Notes: generated by a model from the letters alone, not told the origin. Numbered from the stretch's first letter, positions 50,920 through 64,000 are shown. The stretch is DNA of 64,000 nucleotides from Gnetum montanum (GCA_015680685.1 MNCI01001310.1:154976-218975); one strand, 5' to 3'. Numbers and translations: made by a program.

Positions 50920-52548
50920 ATAGAAGTTTATAACTCAGTGCTACCTAGCAAAATCAAACTTGTGACCTGGGGTTACTAGGCCAAGATCAATTCCACTAGG
51001 CTAACACCTCATTATTAGATGTACATCTGCTAAGTATGGGGAAAAAACAAGTACAAATAAAGACATGGGAAAAAATGATTAAAGAGGAATTTAAGAAATC
51101 ACAAATAAATGAAGATCATTTTCATACATGTAAATGACCTAGCAACCTAAGTTCAAGTTCAATTCTACAAGGTAGCACTAAATTATAAACTTCTATAAAT
51201 CTTGGGTGTACCTATGTTTCAATTATTTCAAGTTCCAATACCCCCATACATGTAAATGGCAAAAAATAACTCATGTAGCTAGCCCCATTTTGTTGGGACA
51301 AGGGTAGGATGATGATGATGATGATGTATTAATTATGATCTATCATATTTATTCATATCCCTTCTGAGTGTTCAAATAAATAGATGTTGGAACCTAAAAT
51401 CATTGTAATATAGGTATACCCCAAGATTTATAGTCAAATTAGAACTTTATAATTGAGCATTACCTACTAGATTTAAACCCATGACTCATTATAAATGTTA
51501 ACAGTATAAATTATTAATCACATGTGAGTAAAGATAAAGTATTTTATGCTATTTTTAACAATGAGTTGTTAGCCTAGTGGTACAAGTCATGCCCTCGTAA
51601 CCCCAAGTCACAAGTTTGATTCTACCAAGTAGCACTAAGTTATAAACTTCTATAAATCTTGAGGTGTTCCTATGTTTCAATTATTTCAAGTTCCAATAAA
51701 TATGTTAAGAAATTTAATGATATTTACAAACTTTAAACATGACATTTCATAATAGCAAATTAAATAAAGTTTCAACAAGTAGGAATATTTCCAATGTTAT
51801 ATGCATGAAATGACATTTAGAATTACACAAAAAATTTTAAAATGGGCACAAGATTTTTAAAGAAAATGAGCTTTATTGATTGTAGGTTTCCTTATTAACA
51901 ACTTGTTAGTAAAGCATTATTACCTTAGCTAAAGTGTGTAGCATTTAATTCCAAGAGTATGCTAATCTCACCCTATTAAATTCTTCTAAAGTGTCATGTT
52001 GATAATGAGGTGTTAGCCTAGTGATAAGACTTTTAATTTGAAAGCTCCAAGTCATGGGTTTAATTCTAATGGACAATGTTGAATTTGAAAGTTCTAATAG
52101 AACTACATTCTAATTCTTTTGGGGGTACTAACACCATCCCATCCACTCCCAACACCTCACCCAACACAATTGTCCCAATGCATCCCCCTCCCCTCCCCCC
52201 TTCCCCCCACCCCAACCTGCCCCCCAACTCTCTCTCACATATACACTCTCTAAAGTATCATGTTGATTATACATCTCAAATGTACCTATAGTCCAATCAT
52301 TTTAGTTTAATAATGAGGTATTGGCCTAGTGGTAAGTTTCTTGATTTGAAAGCTCTAAGTCATATGTCTAATTCTAGTGGATAATGATGACTTATATATC
52401 TTGGAATATAGCTATATTACAATTATTTCAGGGTTCCAACAACCCTCAATTCAAAAATTATTTCAATTTAACAATGAGATGTTAGCTTAGTGATAAGACT
52501 CTTGACTTGAATGAAACAAGTCATGGGTTCAATTCTAGCAAGCAATGT
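50920..52548. mobile_element. Cluster of ~7 degenerate tRNA-derived SINE-like repeats in both orientations
   Basis: A-box-like TAGCCTAGTGG and B-box-like GGTTCAATTCT at tRNA-like spacing. Copies at ~50920-51016(-), 51135-51240(+), 51385-51490(-), 51560-51700(+), 52004-52132(+), 52312-52441(+), 52474-52548(+). Several share the tail ...tttcaagttccaa(t/c)a. Confidence 0.7.
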
Positions 52549-54950
52549 TGTAATGGTACTACTTTAGAGAAGTACCATTTGGCACCAAACTTGAGTTTAA
52601 AACTAGCCACATGTCCCAAAGTAGACCTAATATGGACTATGCTTTAACATTCATAGCACTTGCTCACATAGCATAAGCGTACATCACATGTTAGTCTATG
52701 AATTAGGAGCGTAATGAGTACACCTCATGAAATCATATAAGCAATAAGACCAACATGATAAACATGCACACGTGACCACAACAAGCACCTGCAACCACAC
52801 AAAAGACAATGTTCCCCTAGAATAGCTAAGACATGTTCCTAATCTAACGTATCTAGTCCTAAGCCCTACTCCAAAGATAGGGTGCTAGCCCAACCCAACG
52901 AAGTGAAGCCTTCCCAACAAGCCTACATATCCTTGTGACGAGGTACATGAAAGAATTAGGTCCCATGTAGTGCTTTAGTGATGGTTGTGATAACATTGAA
53001 CCCATAAGGATCTCTACACTTCTTCAATCCCTATTCCAAAGGAAAACAACCTTCGATCCACCAACAATGCATGTTTTCCTACACTCTTCCCACTTGAAAG
53101 AAGTGATAACCTCAAAGCTTGAGTCTTTATCCATATGCATCCTCAAACATGTAGAGCACATTGGATATCAAGGGTATTGAACAACTCAAAATCCATTTGA
53201 CAATTGTAGACAAGAAGGTTCAACAACTAGGGTATCTATTGTAAAGCACAAATGTTGAGCTCAACTTGACATCTAATCGAGACTTAAATGTGCTCATGCA
53301 ACCAAAGTTAAGAAAGAATAAGCTTGCTCTTTTTCATGTAACCTATACTAACCTTTTGACCTAGAGTAAGACTTACTTCAAATGTAAACCATTTTCTTAC
53401 ACTTTGTAGTGATACAAATGTGTTGTCTCTTAGAGGTACTCATTTCTCTATCCTTGAACCATAGGGAGTTTCCTCTTTTTTTAAGAATCATGAAGCATTC
53501 CCTACTCTTTTGAGAAACATGGGACATTTCCTTCTCTTTTGAGAAACATGGGGCATTTCCTTTCTTGTTGACAACCATGGGATATTTCCTCCCCTTTTGA
53601 CAACCACGGGGCATTCCCTTATCTTTTATCTTTTTTTTTTCTATACATGGTTCAATCCATAAAAGAAGTGGTAGCACTTGGCTTGCCATGTTCCATCCTT
53701 TAGATACTCACTATCCTATTTGAACACCTAATCTATCACCATGTACTAAGGTGGTCAGACCCTCATTAATTTGTTGTAAGGAACTCATGAGTCTCATCTC
53801 TCTATCTTGTTCATCCACATTGGATATCATCAATGGAGCACAAGGTCGATGCTCAATTACATTCAATCTACAATTCTCCTCTTAACCTTTTCAATTGTTT
53901 GTATTCAGAGCACTATGGGACCATTCAACAACAATGTGATTTTCAGCACAAACATAACATTTAATCCCTCAATGCGCCCAAGGATTCTAAGCAGAACCTC
54001 CAAAACAAGATCATTTACTCCAAGATCTATCTTATCCTTGAGAAGTTTGTTGTTTTCAATACACCTATTTAGAGGATTAACTACATAAGGTAGGAGCTAC
54101 ATGTGTGCACTTAAAGACACTAGAATTATTCTTTCCATTACCTTTCCCAAGCTTCTTACTCTATTTCTTGCTTTCTAATAGTTGTTCCATCTCACCCTTA
54201 TCCTTCTTTCATGTCTTAAAACCTGTCAAACTACCTAGATGACCTCCTTGTATCTAGTGATCTTACGAGTTTTGATTTCATAGTGAACCCAAGGTTTAAG
54301 GCCATTGAAGAACAATCTACATTTGCTATGCTCATTCATATTCATAATTTGTGTGGTGATATTTTAATACTCTTGAACATGCTCCTCCAACTCTCTCATG
54401 TGTTGGATGTCTTTCAGTTTCATCCATTCTTTGTCAATGGAAGTACCTGGATGAAAGCTCTTAATCAAAGTACACTTAAATTCATCCTAGGTCCTAATGG
54501 GCCTACCTATCCTAGCCTTTTTGAATAATGCTTAGCTACCAAGTTTTTGCAGTTTTACCAAAGAATTGGATAGCAATGTGAGCTTGTTTCTTAGTGGTAT
54601 ATTCATACATTTCAAGAAACTCCTCCATCTCAAAGAGAAAAGCATTGATAACAACATCACCCCTATCACCTTCATAAATTTTTAGCTCTTTTAGTCAAAA
54701 CTTGAAAACTAATTTACTCAATCTTGATGTCTATGCCTTTGCTTGCAAGGCCAATTGATTTTTCATGCCACCAATCTCATCTATCAATTGAATTTTCAAG
54801 CCCTAATCTCATTTGTCAATTAACTTCTCAAGGCCTCCACCTCATTTTATTGGCTTTCAAACAAGGCTTGTTAAGTTTCTGTTAATTATCTCAGCTCTTG
54901 GATGGTAAGCTAAAGATCATTAATAACATCACCAAGGCATACCACTCAAT
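52549..54950 (-). mobile_element. Degenerate Ty3/gypsy remnant with gag core, apparently inserted into the last SINE-like copy
   Basis: Starts TGTAATGG where the SINE copy breaks off. Minus strand ~54720-54200 reads KIYEGDRGDVVINAFLFEMEEFL...AKTW...FFNGLKPWVHYEI (retrotransposon gag). Boundaries approximate. Confidence 0.6.
53460..53625 (+). repeat. 29-bp tandem repeat (catgggacatttccttctcttttgagaaa), ~6 copies
   Basis: Direct inspection. Confidence 0.8.
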
Positions 54951-55084
54951 TCCTAAGCACAAATTTCTAGCTTATGTTTGGTGTTGGAGCCTAACTCTGG
55001 CAAGAAAGGAGCTTCTATTAGACCAACCAACTCTTGGATCATGCAAGCCTTCTCTACTATACACATCTTGAACTTATATTAACG

Positions 55085-55618
55085 CGGCTAGGTTACCAAG
55101 TATATACTACTACGCATACCAAGTATTCACTACTAGGATCACCAAGCATTAATATATTATGCTTGAACTGGTCATACTCACATGCTTATGGATAACTTCA
55201 TTACTTACTTAAGAACACAAATATAAATTGCATGTAAAGTAAAGTGCTGAAAAGTAGAATTAAACTACTCTAAGTACCACAATGGATGTAGGAAATCTCG
55301 ATTCTATTTTGTTCATGCAAATGTGTCTAGGTACATGTGCACTCAAATAAAATGCTATAAAATCTCGTAAATCCACACTACTGACACTTGGAGGAAAGAA
55401 GATTCTAACTTTTGCAAAAGAAAACTACAAGAATTCAAGTAAGTCTAACACTTAAAGGTACCATAAATGTGAGGGGTGTGCACATTTATATAGACAATGA
55501 CTATGTTCGTGTCGACATACCTGCATCAATGCATCCTAGCATGAGACAACAAGGATATGTCGACAGGGCTGCGTTGATGGGTATGCATCAACGCAACCTA
55601 TATTATGATGGTTCATCA
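55085..55618 (-). repeat. Partial Athila-like LTR
   Basis: Homologous to ~58310-58766 (ggttaccaag, tctcgatt.t.tttttg.tcatg, TATA-like region) and ends CATCA at 55618. Confidence 0.65.
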
Positions 55619-56594
55619 TATATTAAATTCTTTCTTTAATATCCTTACCTCTAAATTGAGGTAAATGCCTTTGTAGAAAGAGCATCTAACATCTTCTGTA
55701 TAACAATCTGTTGTGCAAAAGCCTTTAGCATCTTTAGATTAGTGCATTTACATTTATAGGTACTAATTCTTAATAATTCTCTTTATGGGAATATCTTAAT
55801 TTTCATGTGTTCTTTGGTATTCATATTTGTTGTAAAAGCTAATTTATGGGAGCCTTTATTTTATTTCTTATATCTACTATTTAATCTGTACTTGCTTCAT
55901 AAGTTGTGTTACTATGACCCTACATATTCTTAGATTCTTAAACATTTTCATATTTTCTATGCTTTGTAGTACATTTGCTATAAATTTCTTGTTGTTGCTC
56001 AAACTTAACATCCTTTTTAGATTCTACATAATTTATGGCTTATGGTATACCTAAAATCATTGTATTTTCAAGGCATGCATTTTAAGCTTATGAAATTTTT
56101 AGCAGTGGCATGTAAGCAATGGTCTTGATAGCTTTGCAAAGTGTTGGGGTCCATAAATTAAGTTTCGGGTAGGTTCTGTAAATTTTATAAAGAGTCAAGA
56201 TGTAAAAAATTCTACACATTGCTTAAGAGAATTTTGAAAGATCTTGTGAGTGTTTCGTAACAAAAGCTTTCATAAATTTAAGAGTTTTCAAGCCCTAGTA
56301 TGGAGTGAACCTTAGATGCTTACTAATAATTCCTATCACATTTGTAAGAGCTATAGGAACTTGCATTCATAAGGCTTGCACTTAGTGATTATGAATAATT
56401 CTTCTTACATTTAGAAAGGTTGCCAAAAATTTATATAGATTCGTAAGTTGAGATAACATCAACATTTTTTAGTTTTACCATTACAAATTTTGAGTTAAGC
56501 TTTTTTAGAATTGACTATGTGCTTTGTTTTTTAATTAATGAGCCTCTGTGAGTATTCGCAATTATAGTCTAAGTGAGAATAATGCAAATGAAAA

Positions 56595-57934
56595 TGTTAA
56601 CAAGTGGGTATTTTGTATTAAGAGAAAGGTTGATAACATGGTAGATAAATATAAAGCCCAATTAGTTGTTAGAGGTTTTGTACAAAGGAAGACCATTAGT
56701 TATATAAAAAACATTTATGCCTAGCATAAAATAGTGAATCATATAATGCATTTTATCTTTAGCTATGACTTCTTATTGGAAATGTATCAACTCAATATTA
56801 AGTCTACTGTCTTGAATGGAGATCTACAAGAAGAAATATTTATATACCAACCTAAAGGCTTTCTGGATATTAAGTTACCTAATCATGTTTGCAAACTAAA
56901 AAAAGTTCCTTTATGAGTTAAATTAAGCTCCCAAAGAATGGTACATAAGTTTTGATAAGTGTGTATATGAATTAGGGTTCAAAAGACCAAATGCAAATAC
57001 AAATATCTATGTTTTGAAAATAAAGGATTCATGAAGAGCAATATTCCTATTATTATACATTGATGATATTGTAATAACTAGGAAGAATACTTAGCTAATT
57101 AATCAAGTTTAAAATGAGTTGAAAATAAAATTTAAGATGTCAAACCTAGGCTTGCTCAATTTCTTAATTTTAAAATTCATTGGTTATTAATCCATATACA
57201 AGTAACTTAAAATAAGTATGTTTTGTATCTATTAAAAGAATGTCATATAATGGATTGTACACTAAGATAAACACTATTGAATTTAGGAAGTGTACTTTGG
57301 GTATATGGTTCTGAACCAATTCCTAGCCTCATGTTGTATCAAAGTTAATTGGAAATTTGATCTATTTAACTAATATTTAACCAAATATTTCATATTCAGT
57401 AAATTTGCTATCTAGATATAATTAGAAACATACTAACATTTAAATGAATATCATCATTAGTAAATTAAGATATTTGAGAGGCATTGTTAATTATAAATTA
57501 AAATTTGATTGTCCTTTAAAACTTCACCTAATAGGTTGTATAGATGCAAACTATGATGGTGATACATCCTAATAGTACTCAATGATAAGTTTTCTTGTAG
57601 AACATCATGAGAATACAATCTCTTGGTGATCAACTAAAAAAAAGCAGTTTCTCTATCTCTAATATAGTTTGAATACAAAGCCATAGTTAAACTTCTCATA
57701 GAGTTAAAATGGCTTCATCAATTATTTAGAGAGCTTAAGAATGATATTTCATTGCTAATTACAATTGTCTATGATAAGTAAAGTACAATCAAGATAATCA
57801 AAAATTAATTATTCTATCAAAGAATGAAGCATATCAATATTGTTATACATTATATCTAATATGTGTTTGCTTAAGACTTCATCTCTCTAGTTTACATTAA
57901 TATCATTGAACAACTTGCTAATGACTTTACCTAA
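56595..57934 (+). pseudogene. Very degenerate Ty1/copia reverse transcriptase-RNase H
   Basis: KWVFCIKRK...YKAQLVVRGFVQ; LNGDLQEEIFIYQPKGF; LLYIDDIVIT; RMKHINI; EQLANDFT, cut at this last motif by the Athila insertion. Confidence 0.88.
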
Positions 57935-58766
57935 TGATGAGTGGCAAGGTACCCCTACACTCAACCATATGAATACGAGCATTACACACGCGATCTGGTC
58001 GAACTCTGTAGACAGACTAGTTGTGGCATCTAAACAGTTAGCCTTAGGTCATAGTTCGCTGTCTTCCCACTTGGACTAGTATTAGCTTTGTCACATATGG
58101 TTTAGTCTAGAGTGAGGTGTATGATGGGTTTCTAATCTAATGCTACTCTTGAAGGCAATGGAAAGTAATAGTATCTAAGCTAAGAGAGAAAGGGTAAGAG
58201 AGAATTTAAACTAGCCTAAGTGCAATGAGCATCCATTCCTTGATTATCCGTACACATCTTGGACTTCATGCACGACTACCACTAGGATTACCAAGCACAA
58301 ATCCTAGGTACGCTACTGGGTTACCAAGTAGTCACACTTAAATGCTCGTAATCAAGTCGTATTCATTCTGTGTTTTAACATGAGATAAGGGAGAGAGAGA
58401 TTAACTAGGAAAGTAGTAAATAATAATTAATTAAATAATTAATCTAAGTGAATGTTGTAATGATGAAGTAATCTCGATCTTTATTTTTGGTCATGTGCAT
58501 GCCCAAGTACGTCACACTCGAATAAAGGATTCTGTACAATTACAATCACCACATTGCGGGCATACACTAGGAAATAATTCTAACTCTAGGAAGGGAAAAC
58601 TAAAAGAGTTTAGCTAAGGAACTAAGAACTAGATTCTAGAACAAGAAAAGCTACTACTTATTTATAGAATTGGCAGTGGGTTGCGATATCGCGTACACGA
58701 TATTGTAGGGAAAGACGTGATATCGTGTATGTGATATCACGGCCTATGCGATATCGCATCCCATCA
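57935..58766 (-). repeat. 3' LTR of Athila-like copy 3 (832 bp)
   Basis: TGATG...CATCA termini; TATA (TATAAATA on minus) at ~58650; preceded on minus by ctcaaggacgag...tagtcgtgggtgta, an Athila-type PPT region. Confidence 0.88.
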
Positions 58767-58932
58767 TACACCCACGACTAAATGAAAACTCGTCCTTGAG
58801 TTACAGTGATTACACAGTGGATAGGTATGGGATTATTAGATGGGAAGAATGGAATTATGCTGCAGTGTGGAATGAAAAAAAAATGGAGACACAACACAAA
58901 TGATGTTCTACATCTACAAAAATGGGTGGAAC

Positions 58933-59699
58933 TCATGTAGTTTCAGGTGGTGGTGGCTCCTCCATTGGTGCTTTCCCTTTGTCTTGTGCTCCTAGTTTTG
59001 AGGCTTGATGATGTTGAAGTATGACCTAGAGTTTCTCCTCTTGTAAGGCCTTGAGTGCCTTGGCATGCGTGTAAGTTTTCACTTGTGCCATAGAGGCATC
59101 CCAATCAGCCTTCTCTTTTTCTTCTACCACCCTTTTATTCTCTGTCAACAGGTTATTAAGTTGCTCGGTTCTGAAAGTGTCCAGTTGGTTCTGAGCAACC
59201 TTTGGCCCTGTATTCAAAAGGTTTAATACTTCCGAAATGGCTTGAATAGAGAAATCAATAGTCACACTATGAATGTTAACCATGGTGCCTTCTCCCTATT
59301 ATGCCAAAATTGGTACGTCTCTCTTAGGTACTAGGCATTGCTTTCAGAGAGGGTAGGCCATAATGGGAATCCTTTGAGGTGATCCTTAATGGTCTCAGGA
59401 GCGAACTCTGCAAAAGATTGGAAGTTCAATTCGACAATCATTGTAGCAAATGTGGACTTTTCATGGATGGCCTAAACACAATCTTGGGGTAACGTGAGAT
59501 GTTGTCCCTGTTCAAGCGTTGTAGTAGCTCCTCCTTCTACTTGCCCGGACCATACGGTAGGAGGATCTTCTTGATGAATGCTGAATGATTGTTCCTCCTA
59601 TTCTGCTTGTTATCTAGTAGGATCTTGTCTTCCACCTCTTCGAGATGGTTTGCTTCCACCTTGAGAAGGACCTTCCTTTTGTCCACGTTTTGGGGCCAT
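58933..59699 (-). pseudogene. Athila extra (env-position) ORF, plant transposon protein-like, decayed
   Basis: ttgcag|ATG MAPKRGQKEGPSQGG...YQFWHN...VNIHSVTIDFSIQAISEVLNL...DKGKAPMEEPPPPETT*; stops mostly TAG/TAA, one frameshift. Confidence 0.7.
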
Positions 59700-61524
59700 C
59701 TGCAATCACACGGGGTCAAGCGTTAGTAAGGTTGTTACCAAAGTTAGGTTATACCTTACTACTTGCCTTAATAGATTTACTTTATTTCCATGTGATGTTA
59801 ATTATTGGAAGAACATGTCCCCGAAAGATTATAATGTTAAGTCCTCTTTACTTAGGTGGTTTCCAAATTTAATTTTTTGGTATAGCTAAGGGGATGAAAT
59901 TATTTTTGACACATTTTGTTCTTAATTTTACAACTAATTACCCTTAAAGATGTCCTTCAGGCGATGATGAATTTCAAAAAATTTATGCACTATTCAACGT
60001 ATGCCCCTCCCCCACAACTAAGCTAAACACCCTGGGTTCAAATAGGTTGAAATGGAATGAAAATCAGAGTACTAGCGAATGAGTTATGGATATGAAAGCA
60101 AGGGATGCGCAATCGCAAGTCGTAGAGAGGATTTTGAAAAACTTTCCCTACGTGAACAGTTGCAAATGATGTTGATTAGCATAGGGGGGTCACGTATATA
60201 TATTTTCATTGAAGTTAGGGCACTTAGAGAATGTACCAAATTTTTAATATTTCTTTGAAATTAAACGATGTAAACTAAGGACATCGAGACAATTGTTAAA
60301 GGGTTCTAGGGTAATTCAACTAATTCTGAAGGCACGAAAATTATGATGGTGTGGAATTTATTAGTAAGGACCTCAGATGGGAGAAAAAGGCTATGTGATA
60401 GTAATAAGGAAAAGAAAATCGTTGGCAATATGCTAAGGGTAAGAAATGGTGTGTGTGAGTTGTGTCATAAGCAAATATTACACAAGTGGGTCCTCCCCAA
60501 AGCAGGTTTCAACCTATAATGCCCTGGTGTAACCACACTTAAAAGTGTCTGTGGGCACTAGAAGGGTTAAAAGTAATCCACACTAATTCCACAAAACACA
60601 CACATGTAAATATCATCGAAATGAGGTAAGAATTCTATGTTACACACGACACGAGCTATAATTACACGAACAGTGAGTTGAGACAAACTATAGAAAGGGA
60701 TCATAGAGATTGGGACATGAGGTAACTAACCCAGGGCATAGTGAATCCTACGTGTAAAGCATGATTAATGTGTTATTAACCCGTCGTTCCAAGATTAGGA
60801 CTAAGTCCATTCCTCTAATTAGTGACATCGCATTGTTTCATCCCATGGTGAGCAACTATGAGAGTACCATAACAAGAAGGCATACAATCACTTGGCATTT
60901 TGTTCAAGGGAGGAGTCATTTTTGTTTTGTGGCACATTTTTTTTTGAATATTGAATCTAGAGAAGCTGCCAACCTTCAGGCATGGGTGCATGTCTTTCCG
61001 GTGGAACCCCCTAGAACAGCATTGGATTTTTGAGTGCCTTTTTGATTACTCTTACTCCCATTTTTCGTTAAATCTACAAGGATCTTAGTACAACCACATT
61101 GCATGATAACTCTCATAGATGTCACCAAAGAGAATCCACAAGTCCCCTTGATGTCACACCCTAATTATTCCCACTTTGTCCATCCTTCTTCATTTTAGGT
61201 ACAATGAACACAAAATTAATTTTAACTTTTAAGCATGTCAAGAATATCACTGTACCCATGAATAGAACCTCTTATTTGTAGAGTGGATGAGTGGGTGTAA
61301 TGGGCTCACTGTTCAAATAATTGCTCACTTGAGACATGACAACATAAAACACACCTCAACCAATGATCCACATGAGTGTTTTATTCATGGATGAGATTAC
61401 TTATAAAAAGAAAAAAATACCAAAAGACAAAAAGATAAAACAAGAAGTTGAAAAATGAAAAATTGGAAAACAAAAATTGAAAAATTAAAGAAAATGAAAA
61501 AATATTTATTAATCCTGCTTGTTA

Positions 61525-63452
61525 TTAAAATGGGGGATATCCCCCATAACTAATCGGTTGAGCTTGGCAAGGATTAATAAATGAAAGATGAGGATCCTTG
61601 CATGTTGGAAGTATTGGAACTTGGCCATACTTACCCCATTTGGGTTCACACACCTGATTATAATAAGCATAGTGGGATAATTTATATGATGTAGTTCTCG
61701 GATAACGAGTTGACCCACTATGATATTTGGGACCGTTAGATGGTATACAAGGATTAGGATGTTTCCTTCCATGATTGTGTTCATTGGGCCGTATGGTTGT
61801 TGGAGTGTTAGTTGGTGGCCCTGATGAAGTAACATGAGGCGTTGGGTTCGAAGATAAGGATGTAGTGGCCTCAGAATTGTGTTGTCCCTTCTTATGGTCA
61901 TGTTTAAAGAAGGGACACTTTGGATGTCGAGGAGGCTTTTCACTGTTGTTGGTAGTAGTAGCACAAGTAACGTTCGTGGGTTGTTGCGGTGGTGCAGACA
62001 CCTTGGGAATAGTTGGTGGCAATGTAGAAGGAGGGAAAGGATGAAAATGTTGAAAATTAGGAGGGGTATAAGGTGCACAAGGTGGTGGTTGTGTTGAAGG
62101 TATGGGCTAATAGTATTGAGGAGAATGGCAATATGGTGACGTAGAGTATGTTGGCCCAGTTGGAGAAATAGGATGTTGGACTTGATAAGCAATTACATTC
62201 GAATGATATGAAGGGTGTCTCTATTTTAAGGGTGGCTTCCCCCATGACTGGGATTGTTGCCACTGTGATCGAACATAGTATCTCTATACAAACTCTGGAT
62301 GTAGCATGTTTCCCCAATGCTCATATAAATGTAACAAGATTGGGCATTGGCCCTTGGGGTGTTTGTACAAGCATATGTTGCATTCATATGTATGATTAGT
62401 AGTTGAGCACTTATTCCCTTCAGTCTTTTTTTCTGAATGTCTAATGTTTTGTCTTGCTTCTTGGGTTGTCAAAACTCTATCTCTAAGAATATTGACACAT
62501 TCTCCACACTTTTGATACGTCCATTCCAACATCTTATTGATCTTTGCCTCGACTTCTTCTAATGATTGTTGTATCGGTAAAGATGATTCTTTCTCCTTGT
62601 GATAGGTTGATTCCTCCCTTTCATGATTATGGACCTTTGTTAAGTTGAGATTTTGGTCCCATTGATGTTTTTCAACACTCTCTTGTCTAGCCAATTCTCC
62701 TTCTTCTTTTGCAACCCGCTTAATAAGCTCTTGGACTTGATGGGTTTTCGTATAGTTGACCTTGGGCATACATTCCTATGGTCTCTCTTGTTTCATTACG
62801 TAGCCCATCAATGATATGGTACATTAGCCTTTCCTTGGAGAACCCATGACCTGGACAGTTGTTTAACAGTGCATAATATCTTTCTAAGGCCATGTCCAAG
62901 GGTTCATGTTGTGCTTGTTTCCACTCTTGGATTTGTTTCCTTAAGGCTGACACTCTTGCGTAGGTTTGATATTTTTTGTTAAAGACTTCTACCATTGTTG
63001 ACCAACGTCGTATTGAATTTGGTTTTAACAATCTATACCATACTTTTGCTTGGCCAACGAGTGTCATGGGAAAGAGCTTAAGTTTTTGCCACCCATTATC
63101 AATGTTATTCCATGTGCAGGCATTATAGAAGGCTTGTAAATGTTGATATAGATCTAAGTCATAGCCTCCTAAAAAATTAGGGAAGTTTAGGGTATACAGC
63201 TCTCTTTACGATGCCTACGGAGATTCGAATAGCCTCCTGTATTTGCGTTAAGCTTGTAGTGGCCAATAGGGGTTCATCGTCATTGGGTAAGTTATGCTTT
63301 CATGCATTGGAATGATGTTGCTTTTGTTAATGTCTATAAGAAACCCCCACTTTAGGTTGTGTACTCCAGTCTTCATCATCATATAGTTCGTTGGTTCTCC
63401 AATGAACTTCCTCACTAGGTGTGGCATTATTGTAATCTTGTAGGAAAGGCAT
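61525..63452 (-). pseudogene. Athila-like gag
   Basis: WQKLKLFPMTLVGQAKVWYRLLKPNSIRRW...CPGHGFSKERLMYHIIDGL; CNICLYKHPKGQC knuckle-like motifs. Confidence 0.85.
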
Positions 63453-63586
63453 GGTTGTGAAGTTGTGTGTGAATTTGTGTGTGAATTTGTATGTGAATTT
63501 TTATATTTATTTTTTTCTAAAAGATATATTATTAAGTCCTTTACAACGACCTTGTATGATATAACTAATCTAGAGAACTAGCACTG

Positions 63587-63605
63587 TCCCCGGCAATGGC
63601 GCTAA
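63587..63605 (-). promoter_or_regulatory. tRNA-Asp primer binding site
   Basis: Minus strand TAGCGCCATTGCCGGGGA versus TGGCGCCGTTGCCGGGGA (2 mismatches), adjacent to the LTR end. Confidence 0.88.
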
Positions 63606-64000
63606 TGATGAGTGACGAGGTACCCCTACAATCAACCATACGAATACAAGCGTTACATGCGTGATCTGGTCGAACTCCGTAGATGGACTAGTTGTGGCAT
63701 CTAAATAGTTAGCCTTAGGTCACAGTTCATTGTCTTCCCACCTAGACTAGTATTAGCTTTGTCACATATGGTTTAGTCCAGAGTGAGGTGTATGATGGGT
63801 TTCTAATCTAATGCTACTCCTGAAGGCAATGGAAAGTAATAGTATCTAAGCTAAGAGAGAAAGGGTAACAGAGAATCTAAACTAGCCTAAGTGCGATGAG
63901 CATCCGTTCCTTGATTATCCATACACATCTTGGACTTCGTGCATGACTACCACTGGGATTACCAAGCGCAGATCCTAGGTACACTACTGGGTTACCAAGT
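63606..64000 (-). repeat. 5' LTR of Athila-like copy 3 (partial, continues beyond window)
   Basis: ~92% identical to 57935-58329. Confidence 0.95.

Larger units (their letters stand above)
57935..64000 (-). mobile_element. Non-autonomous Athila-like Ty3/gypsy element (copy 3): 5' LTR (runs off window), PBS, gag, no pol, extra ORF, PPT, 3' LTR
   Basis: The two LTRs align without gaps over 395 bp (31 differences); tRNA-Asp PBS; gag core; no protease/RT/INT motifs seen. Confidence 0.92.

Noticed and set aside
51560-52548. Functional tRNA genes
   Set aside because: A/B-box-like motifs are present but acceptor and anticodon stems do not pair, and copies share a non-tRNA tail, so they are treated as SINE-like.
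58767-60015. A 2-kb LTR extending to the purine tract at ~60010 and containing an ORF
   Set aside because: The TGATG/CATCA termini, TATA spacing and Athila-type PPT context place the LTR edge at 58766; the tract at ~60010 is an internal PPT.

Overview
Land-plant nuclear DNA. Both flanks (1-35 kb and 52.5-64 kb) are nested, heavily C-to-T-decayed LTR retrotransposons: two copies of a Tat/Ogre-like Ty3 family, three Athila-like Ty3 copies, another Ty3 gag remnant and a Ty1/copia RT-RNaseH remnant. Between them is a CpG-retaining island (~35.8-50.4 kb). It holds one intact five-coding-exon filament-like plant protein (FPP) gene on the minus strand and a MIR408-like fold-back with a TATA box and GTAC-rich upstream region. 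A cluster of tRNA-derived SINE-like repeats follows at 50.9-52.5 kb. The most unusual structure is the Tat/Ogre-like element at 6.8-28.5 kb. Its gag-protease is separated from RT-RH-aRH-INT by ~11.8 kb, which contains an 8-exon antisense gene (its 3' exon layout is shared with a diverged second copy), a ~192-bp hairpin/RY-motif tandem array and a strand-biased TAGCC motif. Its integrase is inverted between 25-bp inverted repeats. All calls come from manual reading and translation; no searches were run.
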